Origin: Candidatus Omnitrophota bacterium
Lineage (GTDB): Bacteria > Omnitrophota > Gorgyraeia > JAHJTE01
Length of the DNA stretch: 64,000 bases
Direction of reading: 5' to 3'
Assembly: GCA_018830005.1 (NCBI GenBank)
Contig: JAHJTE010000001.1
Span: 577,332 to 641,331 of the forward strand
Positions 56,253 to 64,000 of this stretch are shown piece after piece; position 1 is the stretch's first letter; every line of letters starts with the position of its first letter. The notes beneath the pieces were generated by a model. That model was not told where the DNA came from. It saw only the letters and a program-made list of their open reading frames with translations, and searched no databases. The translations under genes and the position numbers were made by a program.

Positions 56253-57931
56253 TGAAAGTAGCATTATACACAAGAGTCAGTACTGAGGATCAGGCGCGTG
56301 AGGGGTTCTCGCTTGAGGTTCAGCGGGATTACCTTTTGCAGTATGCCAAGAATTTCGGCTGGGATGTGTTTTGCAGTATGTCCGGCCGGGATATTTATAT
56401 GGATGACGGGTATTCAGGTGGAAACATGGACAGGCCTGCTTTGCAGAGGCTTCTCTTCGACGCTAAGAATAAACAGTTTGATTTAGTGATGGTCTATAAG
56501 CAGGACAGGCTCAGCAGAAAATTAAAGGATCTTTTAGCTTTATTAGAAGAGTTTGAGTCGCTTGGTATTGGCTATAAATCTGCAACCGAGCCTTTTGACA
56601 CTACATCAAGTGCCGGTAAAATGGCAATCCAAATGCTTGGTAGTTGCGCCGAATTTGAAAGGAACCGGCTTGTTGAAAGGGTATTTCCCGGAATGATCGT
56701 AGGCGTAAAGAAAGGCCACTGGCAAGGCGCCAGATATGCCCCATACGGATATAGATACAATAAAGAAATTAAGAAGTTTGAAGTCCATCCAGAAGAAGCA
56801 AAAATAGTTAAAGAGATTTTCTCTATGTATTTAGGCGGCAAAAGTACTTCTCAGATAGCAGGCCATTACTATAATCTGGGCATTGCTTCACGCCAGGGAG
56901 GTAAATTTTACACTAAATTTATCTCATCCATCCTGAAAAGCAAAGCTTATCTAGGCACCCTTGTGTGGAATAAGCGGCGTTATGATAAGAAAGAAAAAAC
57001 AAAAAACGGCGAGGGCAAGGGCTACAAATACGTCAACAATGACCCGTCAAAAATAATTGAAGTCCCGAATTGCCACGAGCCGATTATCTCCCAGGAAGAA
57101 TTTGACCGGGCTCAAAAACTGCTCAAAAGAAACCGCACTAATACCGTAGTCAGGTTCAGAAATAATGTTTATCATTTATCAGGGATATTGAAATGCAACG
57201 AGTGCGGGATGAATTATCGCGGGCTCACATTAACGGTTAATCACCACACAAAAATGAGGCGGCCGTGGTATTGCTGTTCGTCTGTTGGCGTGTCATATAT
57301 CAAATGTAAGAATAAATCCGTTACGGCTGACGCAATCAATAAGCAGGTCTGGGATATCATCGATACTATAAGCAAGAACCTTCATGTAATCGAAGAGCTT
57401 AGCGATATTATCAAGTTAAGCGCTACTGAGCCGGAGCAACATTATATTGAAGAGTTGGAGACAAAAGAAAAGGGCATTAGCAAGAACCTTGAGAAACAAA
57501 AGGCCCTCTATGAGGTATTTTCAGAGGATAAGATTAACATCGATATCTATAAAGACCGGGCCGAGCTGTTAAGGAATGAGGAGAAGAAACTTAGGCAAGA
57601 TGTTAAGGCGATCCAGTTAAGGATCCTTGAGAAGAGGAATGCGGTCAATCTGGTAAAAGCCACGCAGGATTTTCTTTTAAGGTTGAGGAGCAATCCTAAG
57701 GGCGAGCAGATGGATTACCTCATCAAAACGTTTATGAGGATAATATTCAGGGCTATCTATATCCAGAACCAGGAGATTGTCAGGCACGACCTGAATGAGC
57801 CCTGGAAGAGTTGTTATGAAGAGGGGATGAAATGGCTGAAAACGCAGGAAACAGCGCCAATAGAGGCGAAAAAGGCGGAAAAGGCAAGAAGAAGTTACGT
57901 ATACTTTTGCGTACCTTCGGATGTCAAATGA
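56252..57931 (+). CDS. large serine recombinase (integrase)
   Basis: N-terminal resolvase domain ALYTRVSTEDQ (Ser nucleophile) and DLVMVYKQDRLSR, a recombinase domain, a zinc ribbon (CNECG...CCSS) and a coiled coil. 559 aa. Confidence 0.85.
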   Translation: MKVALYTRVSTEDQAREGFSLEVQRDYLLQYAKNFGWDVFCSMSGRDIYMDDGYSGGNMDRPALQRLLFDAKNKQFDLVMVYKQDRLSRKLKDLLALLEEFESLGIGYKSATEPFDTTSSAGKMAIQMLGSCAEFERNRLVERVFPGMIVGVKKGHWQGARYAPYGYRYNKEIKKFEVHPEEAKIVKEIFSMYLGGKSTSQIAGHYYNLGIASRQGGKFYTKFISSILKSKAYLGTLVWNKRRYDKKEKTKNGEGKGYKYVNNDPSKIIEVPNCHEPIISQEEFDRAQKLLKRNRTNTVVRFRNNVYHLSGILKCNECGMNYRGLTLTVNHHTKMRRPWYCCSSVGVSYIKCKNKSVTADAINKQVWDIIDTISKNLHVIEELSDIIKLSATEPEQHYIEELETKEKGISKNLEKQKALYEVFSEDKINIDIYKDRAELLRNEEKKLRQDVKAIQLRILEKRNAVNLVKATQDFLLRLRSNPKGEQMDYLIKTFMRIIFRAIYIQNQEIVRHDLNEPWKSCYEEGMKWLKTQETAPIEAKKAEKARRSYVYFCVPSDVK

Positions 57932-58989
57932 ATGTTCGGGATTCTGAGATAATCTCCGGAAGCCTACTCATGAAGGGTTATAAAGTTGTTGACTCATCTG
58001 ATGATGCTGATGTTGTTCTCTTTAACACCTGCTCAGTACGGCAACATGCTGAGGATAAAGTCTGGTCAGAAATAGGCAAATTTAAACACGAAACACGAAT
58101 AATTGGACTCGTGGGTTGTATGGCTGAATACCACAAATTTGATGCATTCAAGAAAGCACCCAATATTGATTTTGTCTGTGGTCCGAATAATATAGCTTCA
58201 ATACCTTCTCTAATTGAACAGGCAAAGGCAGGCAATACTAAAGGTATGGCTATCGGCCAAAAACAACGTGATGAGTTTGCTTATAATACAAATTTTCAAG
58301 CAAAGAAAGACGATTCTTTTGTAGTGATTGCCGAAGGCTGTAATAATTTTTGCTCCTATTGTGTAGTGCCTTTTGTGCGTGGGCGAGAGCGCAGTCGCAA
58401 CCACAAAGATATCTTAAGAGAAATCCAGGCGCTTGTAACTAAAGGTGTTAAGGAAATAACACTTTTAGGTCAGAATGTTAACTCTTATCGTTGGAATGGA
58501 GTAGATTTCTCACAGCTTATGAATATGGTTAGTGGAATAGAGGGTTTGAGGTGTTTTAGTTTTGTTACAAGTCATCCTAAAGATGCCTCGAAAGATATGT
58601 TCGAGATTATTGCTAAATGTAGTAACTTAAAAAAATACCTGCATCTTCCGCTTCAGTCAGCCTCAGACAGAATTCTTAAGCTTATGAATAGAGGTTATAC
58701 CTTAAAAGAATACTTGAAAAAAATAGAAGATTATCGCAAGATAGTAGGAGGAGGCCTAAGTACAGATATCATTGTCGGTTTTCCTACCGAGACTGAAGGA
58801 GATTTTCAAGATACTCTGGAAGTCTTGGAAAAAATAAAGTTTGATAATGCCTACATTTTTAAATATTCTACCCGGCCGCATACTGAGGCTGCTAAATTAG
58901 AAGACGACGTAGGAATGCAAGAGAAAAAGCGCCGGCATAAAATTCTGCTTGATCTGCAAAAGCAAATCTCGAAAAAGAAGAAAATATGA
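57832..58989 (+). CDS. miaB: MiaB-family radical-SAM methylthiotransferase (no TRAM domain; N-terminus uncertain)
   Basis: LRTFGCQMN MTTase N-domain motif and CNNFCSYCVVP radical-SAM CxxxCxxC. Protein ends after the radical-SAM domain. First ~33 codons overlap the recombinase gene. Confidence 0.7.
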   Translation: MAENAGNSANRGEKGGKGKKKLRILLRTFGCQMNVRDSEIISGSLLMKGYKVVDSSDDADVVLFNTCSVRQHAEDKVWSEIGKFKHETRIIGLVGCMAEYHKFDAFKKAPNIDFVCGPNNIASIPSLIEQAKAGNTKGMAIGQKQRDEFAYNTNFQAKKDDSFVVIAEGCNNFCSYCVVPFVRGRERSRNHKDILREIQALVTKGVKEITLLGQNVNSYRWNGVDFSQLMNMVSGIEGLRCFSFVTSHPKDASKDMFEIIAKCSNLKKYLHLPLQSASDRILKLMNRGYTLKEYLKKIEDYRKIVGGGLSTDIIVGFPTETEGDFQDTLEVLEKIKFDNAYIFKYSTRPHTEAAKLEDDVGMQEKKRRHKILLDLQKQISKKKKI

Positions 58990-59732
58990 AAACATTTTTT
59001 TGTCTATTTATTAGTTATTTTCTGATTCTTACTACTTGTTTATTTGCTCAGGATTTCGAAGAGGCGCAAGTGAGTTTTTTAAAAGGCGAATATAGACAGA
59101 GTATCGAAAAACTGGAGGGGATTCTTGCTAAAGAGGTAGATAGGCCTTCATCGGCAAGGCTTTATTATCTTTTAGGTTTAAGCTATTTAAAAGCAGAAAT
59201 ATACCTAAAGGCAGGCGACTGCTTTGATATTATTGTAAATGAATATAGGAATTCACACTTAGTAGGCCTGGCTTTAATTAAACTTATTGATATTAAGTTT
59301 CTTAAAGGTGATTATATAAGGGCTTTAAATAGCACTGGAGAGCTCTCAGCTAGATTTGTTAGAAGTGAGTTTGAAAGCCCATTACTTCTGCGTCAGTATC
59401 TTTTGAATTTAAAATTAGGAAACTGGAAAGAGGCAAATTCCATTTTAACCCGAATTAGAGAATCATTTCCTGTCAGTCCTGCGATGAAAACAATATTAGA
59501 TGGAAATCTAGCAGTAGATTTTTTCAGCGTCCAGGTTGGTTCTTTTAAGAACAGAAGAAATGCCACGAATCTTTCTCGCCTGCTTAATAGTAAGGGCTTT
59601 GATAGTTTTGTCTTAAAAAACGCTGATTCTTTCTTCCGCGTTAGGGTTGGAAGGCTCGCAACGCTTGAAGCAGCGCAGGCATTGGAGAAGGACTTAATCA
59701 AGCAAGGGTTTATTACAAAGATATACCCCTAA
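58986..59732 (+). CDS. secreted TPR-like/SPOR-domain protein
   Basis: Signal peptide and a C-terminal SPOR-like segment (FSVQVGSFKNRRNATNL...RVRVGRLATLEAAQAL). Confidence 0.55.
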   Translation: MKTFFCLFISYFLILTTCLFAQDFEEAQVSFLKGEYRQSIEKLEGILAKEVDRPSSARLYYLLGLSYLKAEIYLKAGDCFDIIVNEYRNSHLVGLALIKLIDIKFLKGDYIRALNSTGELSARFVRSEFESPLLLRQYLLNLKLGNWKEANSILTRIRESFPVSPAMKTILDGNLAVDFFSVQVGSFKNRRNATNLSRLLNSKGFDSFVLKNADSFFRVRVGRLATLEAAQALEKDLIKQGFITKIYP

Positions 59733-59734
59733 AA

Positions 59735-60661
59735 TTGTTAAAAGAGATAAAAAATAAGATTGTCTTCATTCTCGGTCCTACCGCAGTCGGCAAGAGCAGA
59801 ATCGCCTTTGAGCTTGCAAAAAGAATCAAGTCAGAAATAATCTCGGCTGATTCAATGCAGGTCTATAGGCAAGTACCTATTCTGACTTCCTATCCACCAC
59901 CTATAATGTTAAAAAATATTCCACATCATTTGATATCGATTCTAGGGTTAAGCAAAGAATATAATGTAGCTAAGTTTATAAAAGATGCAAAAAGCGCAAT
60001 AAATAAAATAAGCAGAGCTAAAAAGATTCCTTTGGTGGTTGGTGGTAGTGGTCTGTATATACAGGGGCTTTTGGATGGTATCTTTTCCGGTCCGGGTGAA
60101 GATAGGGCCTTAAGAAGACGATTAGAGAAACAAGCTGAAAGATTCGGCAATAACCATGTCTATGAAAAGTTAAGGCAACTTGATCCTGAAACCGCTGATA
60201 GCATTCATCCTAATAACCTAAGGCGAATCATTAGAGCGCTTGAGGTATGTATTAAAAGCGGTAAAAAGATGTCAGAGGTCAAAAAAAAGAAAATTGGTAT
60301 TTTTAATGATTATGATGTGTTGTTAGTAGGCCTAAAACGTGAGCGTAGTCAGCTATATCAGCGTATTGATAATAGGGTTGAGGCTATGTTTAGACAAGGC
60401 GCAGTTTCAGAAGCAGAGAGGGCACTTAAGCATAGATTGAGCAAAACCGCCTTAGGCATAATTGGGATAAAGGAGATTGCTCGTTTTCTTGCTAAAGAGT
60501 ATAATAGAGATGAGGCAAAAAGACTTATAAAACGTAATAGTCGCCATTTTGCCAAGCGCCAGATGAGCTGGTTCAAGCGCGATAAGCGCATAAAGTGGAT
60601 AATGATAAAAGAAGGCGACGCAGATAAGGACATTGTTCAGAAAATCTTAAGCTATATTTAA
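59735..60661 (+). CDS. miaA: tRNA dimethylallyltransferase
   Basis: P-loop ILGPTAVGKSRIA, with DSMQVY and IVGGSGLY motifs. Confidence 0.85.
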   Translation: MLKEIKNKIVFILGPTAVGKSRIAFELAKRIKSEIISADSMQVYRQVPILTSYPPPIMLKNIPHHLISILGLSKEYNVAKFIKDAKSAINKISRAKKIPLVVGGSGLYIQGLLDGIFSGPGEDRALRRRLEKQAERFGNNHVYEKLRQLDPETADSIHPNNLRRIIRALEVCIKSGKKMSEVKKKKIGIFNDYDVLLVGLKRERSQLYQRIDNRVEAMFRQGAVSEAERALKHRLSKTALGIIGIKEIARFLAKEYNRDEAKRLIKRNSRHFAKRQMSWFKRDKRIKWIMIKEGDADKDIVQKILSYI

Positions 60662-60676
60662 TTTGTCATTGACAAT

Positions 60677-61921
60677 ATGGAGCGTTCCTTATTAATCACC
60701 GTTGATTTTAAAAAGCACAGCCACTACAACGTTGAACTGGCAAAGCAGGAGCTGCGTCAGTTAGCCAAGACAGCTTTAGCTACTTCCGCAGCCGAGGTTA
60801 TTTGTCAGCGCGATAAGCCTGATCCAGCGTATTTTTTAGGCAAGGGTAAGGTTGAGGAGCTGGCAGAGTTAATTACAGAGAATCAAATAGATACAGTAAT
60901 TTTTAATAACGATCTTTCCAGCTCTCAGCAGAGGAATTTAGAGGAGAGATTAGGGGTAAAGACAATTGATCGTACGCAGCTTATCCTTGATATCTTTGCC
61001 CAACATGCCAGGAGTCAGGAAGGTAGTCTTCAGATTGAGCTGGCGCAGTTAGAGTATCTTCTGCCCCGGCTTACAGGTAAGGGCACAATGCTTTCTCGTT
61101 TGGGTGGCGGCATTGGGACAAGGGGCCCAGGTGAGAAAAAACTTGAGGTTGACAGAAGAAGGATCCGTCAGCGCATTGGTAAATTAAAGAAGGACTTACA
61201 AGGTCTGCGCACGCATCGGCAGAATCTAAGAAAGAAAAGGCTGAAAGAAACAATTCCTGTGATTGCGCTTGTAGGCTATACCAATTCTGGGAAATCAACA
61301 CTTATTAATACTCTCACTAAAGCTGACCAGGTAGTCAGGGACAGTCTGTTTACTACACTTGATCCTTTAAGTCGTTCTGCTAAATTCAAGAATCATCAAA
61401 AGTTTATATTTTCTGATACTGTTGGTTTCCTAGATAGACTGCCGCATGGCCTGATTGAGGCGTTTAAGGCAACACTGGAAGAGGTGAAGCAGGCGCAGCT
61501 GCTTATTCATGTTTTGGATATTAGTTTTGGCCAATATGCAGAAAGGGCACAGGCAGTCAATAGGGTTCTAGATGAGCTGCAGGTCCAGGATAAGCCTTTG
61601 ATTACAGCTTTAAATAAAATAGATAGATTAGAAGATAGAACCTGGCTTGGCAGGTTAAAAAGGGATTTCAAAAACCCTGTTGCGATATCTGCTGCTTCTG
61701 GCGAGGGTCTGGAAGAATTAAAGGACTTAATTACAGCAGAGTTTAGTTGCAATTTGAAAAATATGAAATTAAGCCTGCCTTTAGATAAAATGCATGTTGT
61801 GGATTTGATTTATCGGGAGGGCAATGTCGAAGATATTCGTTATACCCAGAGAGAGATTGAAATTAATGCGAACTTACCCTTAAATTTAGCGGAGGCATTA
61901 AAGGGATATGAAAAGAAATAA
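60677..61921 (+). CDS. hflX: GTPase HflX
   Basis: HflX N-domain, G1 GYTNSGKSTL, G3 DTVGF, G4 NKID. Confidence 0.85.
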   Translation: MERSLLITVDFKKHSHYNVELAKQELRQLAKTALATSAAEVICQRDKPDPAYFLGKGKVEELAELITENQIDTVIFNNDLSSSQQRNLEERLGVKTIDRTQLILDIFAQHARSQEGSLQIELAQLEYLLPRLTGKGTMLSRLGGGIGTRGPGEKKLEVDRRRIRQRIGKLKKDLQGLRTHRQNLRKKRLKETIPVIALVGYTNSGKSTLINTLTKADQVVRDSLFTTLDPLSRSAKFKNHQKFIFSDTVGFLDRLPHGLIEAFKATLEEVKQAQLLIHVLDISFGQYAERAQAVNRVLDELQVQDKPLITALNKIDRLEDRTWLGRLKRDFKNPVAISAASGEGLEELKDLITAEFSCNLKNMKLSLPLDKMHVVDLIYREGNVEDIRYTQREIEINANLPLNLAEALKGYEKK

Positions 61922-62513
61922 TTCTTTTAGAGTTAAGATTAAGTGTTTGAATCTTTCAGGATTTACTTTTGTGGAGGCGCTTATTATCTTTGTTGTACTT
62001 TTTATTCTGGTCTTTGCCGGTACCTTAGCCTACATAGACATGCGTGAGAAGGCAAGGAAGGTGCAGGAGGAGGCAATAATTGCTGCAATGCAAACAGGAA
62101 TAAGGAGATATCATTCCCAACACCTTCGTTGGTCTCAATGTCCTCCTCTTATGTCAGAGAGTGATTTTGGACACTGGTGGTTTAATAATCCTCCTGTAGG
62201 CAACGTCTGTACGCAAAGCCAGGATGAAATAGTTATGCCATTTGCCCCTGAGCACAATTTTAATAGTTACGGCATTGGAGACAATTGGGGTACTTGTTTG
62301 AATGATGTTCCAGGCTGTACGACTTTTTGTGGATACTCAATCTATTGTTCGCATATAAGTGATAATGGGATCTCTGCAGATTACTCAAATGGCAACGTTT
62401 GGTATTATTATTTTAGAGATCCGGAGAATGATCCTTTTCCAGCACAAGGGATAATGAAAGACGGTCTTGCAGGGCAGATTATAAAGAATCCAACATGCGG
62501 CGGACACCAATAA
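61908..62513 (+). CDS. type IV pilin-like (prepilin N-terminal) Cys-rich protein 1
   Basis: GFTFVEALII class III signal/N-methylation motif. About 9 Cys. C-terminal ..NPTCGGHQ. Confidence 0.65.
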   Translation: MKRNNSFRVKIKCLNLSGFTFVEALIIFVVLFILVFAGTLAYIDMREKARKVQEEAIIAAMQTGIRRYHSQHLRWSQCPPLMSESDFGHWWFNNPPVGNVCTQSQDEIVMPFAPEHNFNSYGIGDNWGTCLNDVPGCTTFCGYSIYCSHISDNGISADYSNGNVWYYYFRDPENDPFPAQGIMKDGLAGQIIKNPTCGGHQ

Positions 62514-62556
62514 TATTCGCTACTCATGAGGGAAGTAAAGTTTGCGTTATATTAAC

Positions 62557-63126
62557 ATGAGATTGGGAATAAAACATAAAACATTTAATAAAAACAATGA
62601 GCAAGCTTTTACGCTTTTAGAATTAATCATTGCCTTGGCATTATTAGCCATCTTTGCCTCAGCAGCAGTTTCCCGATTTGTTGATCTTGCTAATAAGTCA
62701 CTGGATATTCAGGAGAATGCATCGATGGCTTCGGTGCGCGCAGCAGTACTTGCCTATTATGGTAAGTATGGAGCCCTGCCGCAAACTGCTCCTTTCTGTA
62801 GTGGAACTGCAATATCGCATTGGGGATTTGGTGGCACTATCTATTGTCAGGGTACTATGGAGGAGATGTTGTTAGAAAACCCTCCGGATTGGAAAGAGAA
62901 TTCTTACGGAGATGGCCTTCATCGCTGGGGGATGTGTAACGTGAATTGGGCAGTGGGAAGTTGTCCTGCAGATCCTCATTCTGGTTGGTGGATTTTCTGT
63001 CCGCATGCGACCGATACTAGTGTTACTGCTTGCAATATTTGGTTGCTTTATTTTGGCGGTCCTTGTGCCGGCAGGATTATAAAGAATCCGGGCGGTCCAT
63101 ACGGAAGCTGTCAGGGGCATATGTAA
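62557..63126 (+). CDS. type IV pilin-like Cys-rich protein 2
   Basis: AFTLLELIIALALLAIFASAAV prepilin motif. About 10 Cys. C-terminal ..GSCQGHM. Confidence 0.65.
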   Translation: MRLGIKHKTFNKNNEQAFTLLELIIALALLAIFASAAVSRFVDLANKSLDIQENASMASVRAAVLAYYGKYGALPQTAPFCSGTAISHWGFGGTIYCQGTMEEMLLENPPDWKENSYGDGLHRWGMCNVNWAVGSCPADPHSGWWIFCPHATDTSVTACNIWLLYFGGPCAGRIIKNPGGPYGSCQGHM

Positions 63127-63160
63127 AATTAATGACAAGTATTTTTTTAAAACTAGTAAG

Positions 63161-63703
63161 ATGAGAGCGATAATAATACAGCCTGTTCTTATCAAAAATA
63201 ATAAAAATGCCTTTACGCTTTTGGAGTTAATCATTGTTTTGGCATTATTAGCTATAGTTGTTTCTGCTGCTGTTGCCAGATTTGTTGATGTAGCTAGTAG
63301 GTCACTGGATATTCAGGAGAATGCAACAATAGCTGCTTTACGTTCAGCAATTTTGTTGTATCGGGCTGATACTGGAAGTTGGCCAACTTGTCCTCCTTTT
63401 ATGGATGATGCAGATGTTAGCGGAGCTGCTTGGAATTGGTGGATGGATCAAGGTTGTGGTTTTGCCCGAAGTGCAAATGAAGTGATGATGCAGAATTCTC
63501 CGCCACATGCTTGGAATTCTTATGGCGGGGCAGGTAAATGGGGTATATGCAAGAGTCCGGGTACATGTTCAGGGGCAGCGTGTGTTTATCAAATCTGGTG
63601 TCCACATGGTAGTTTAGGACCGCCAAAGACTGGCAATTACTGGGAATATAATGTTAGTACTGGCAGTTTAGTAAAGGACCCTACTTATCCTGGTCATCAA
63701 TAA
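63161..63703 (+). CDS. type IV pilin-like Cys-rich protein 3
   Basis: AFTLLELIIVLALLAIVVSAAV prepilin motif, shared SLDIQENA segment. C-terminal ..YPGHQ. Confidence 0.65.
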   Translation: MRAIIIQPVLIKNNKNAFTLLELIIVLALLAIVVSAAVARFVDVASRSLDIQENATIAALRSAILLYRADTGSWPTCPPFMDDADVSGAAWNWWMDQGCGFARSANEVMMQNSPPHAWNSYGGAGKWGICKSPGTCSGAACVYQIWCPHGSLGPPKTGNYWEYNVSTGSLVKDPTYPGHQ

Positions 63704-63776
63704 TTTATGTATCAACTAAGGATATGAGCTATTCTTAAAATGCATTTGAGGCAAGAGTATTTTTTTTGTTTATTTC

Positions 63777-63803
63777 TTAGCGCTCTTTTAATAAGAGTGC
63801 TAA
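63777..63803 (+). promoter_or_regulatory. CIRCE element (HrcA operator)
   Basis: TTAGCGCTC-N9-GAGTGCTAA. Consensus is TTAGCACTC-N9-GAGTGCTAA. Confidence 0.8.
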
Positions 63804-63855
63804 ATTTATGTTATCTTGGGATAAAACTGATAGGATTTAAAGCACTTATGAAACA

Positions 63856-63883
63856 TTGACAATTGAAAAAAATGTGGTAATAT
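63856..63883 (+). promoter_or_regulatory. sigma70-like promoter with extended -10
   Basis: TTGACA 63856-63861, 16-nt spacer containing TGg, TAATAT 63878-63883. Confidence 0.5.
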
Positions 63884-63920
63884 ATGCTTTTGGCTTTTTG
63901 GGCTTAATTAGCGGAGAAAC

Positions 63921-64000
63921 ATGCGTACAGTTGATAGTAAGGCAAGAAAAAGAGAAATATTGCTTGAGACAATAAACGAATATATATCAAGCGCAACCCC
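63921..64000 (+). CDS. hrcA: heat-inducible transcription repressor HrcA, N-terminal fragment (continues beyond the window)
   Basis: MRTVDSKARKREILLETINEYISSATP matches the HrcA N-terminal wHTH region (R..IL..IV..YI..A.P). CIRCE lies upstream. Confidence 0.6.
   Translation, partial: MRTVDSKARKREILLETINEYISSAT

Larger units (their letters stand above)
51101..57931 (+). mobile_element. putative integrative element core: SpoVG-like gene, primase, iteron region, HTH/excisionase-like genes and a large serine recombinase abutting miaB
   Basis: Gene content is typical of small integrative or satellite-like elements. The recombinase 3' end overlaps the miaB 5' end. The left boundary is uncertain and may lie at about 32.2 kb. 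Confidence 0.4.

Noticed and set aside
1-64000. CRISPR arrays, rRNA and tRNA genes
   Set aside because: No regularly spaced direct repeats, no rRNA-like conserved blocks and no cloverleaf-like GC-rich 75-nt segments were seen. In particular there is no tRNA next to the recombinase, which fits a serine rather than tyrosine recombinase.

Overview
This 64 kb window is low-GC (by eye about 38-40%). Every credible gene is on the + strand. The content suggests an anaerobic diderm bacterium: desulforedoxin, hemerythrin, DsrE-like protein, a phosphate-selective-type porin and type IV pilins. The housekeeping part holds a partial trxB, tal, a complete Pho regulon (phoB/phoR-like two-component pair, porin, pstSCAB, phoU) with TGTCACA Pho-box-like repeats, a thiol-redox ars operon (arsR, permease, Trx-like, CcdA, ACR3, arsC), and a fluoride riboswitch upstream of crcB plus a DUF190 gene. 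At the 3' end are miaB, a SPOR-domain gene, miaA, hflX, three Cys-rich pilin paralogs, and a CIRCE element upstream of hrcA. From 32.2 to 57.9 kb lies an accessory/defense island. It contains an AbiEi/AbiEii-like toxin-antitoxin pair with an autoregulatory palindrome, two metallophosphoesterases, and an Hjc-like nuclease. A type I restriction-modification operon follows, with an extra membrane-protein gene between hsdM and hsdS and an HsdR carrying a fused C-terminal LexA/UmuD-like S24 peptidase domain. A Sir2-HerA defense pair comes next, then five uncharacterised genes that include SEC-C and SWIM zinc-finger proteins. The island ends in a replication/integration module (SpoVG-like gene, primase, iteron-like repeats, excisionase-like HTH) whose large serine recombinase overlaps the 5' end of miaB. 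A second AbiEii-like pair lies near 4.7 kb. No rRNA, tRNA or CRISPR array was seen.
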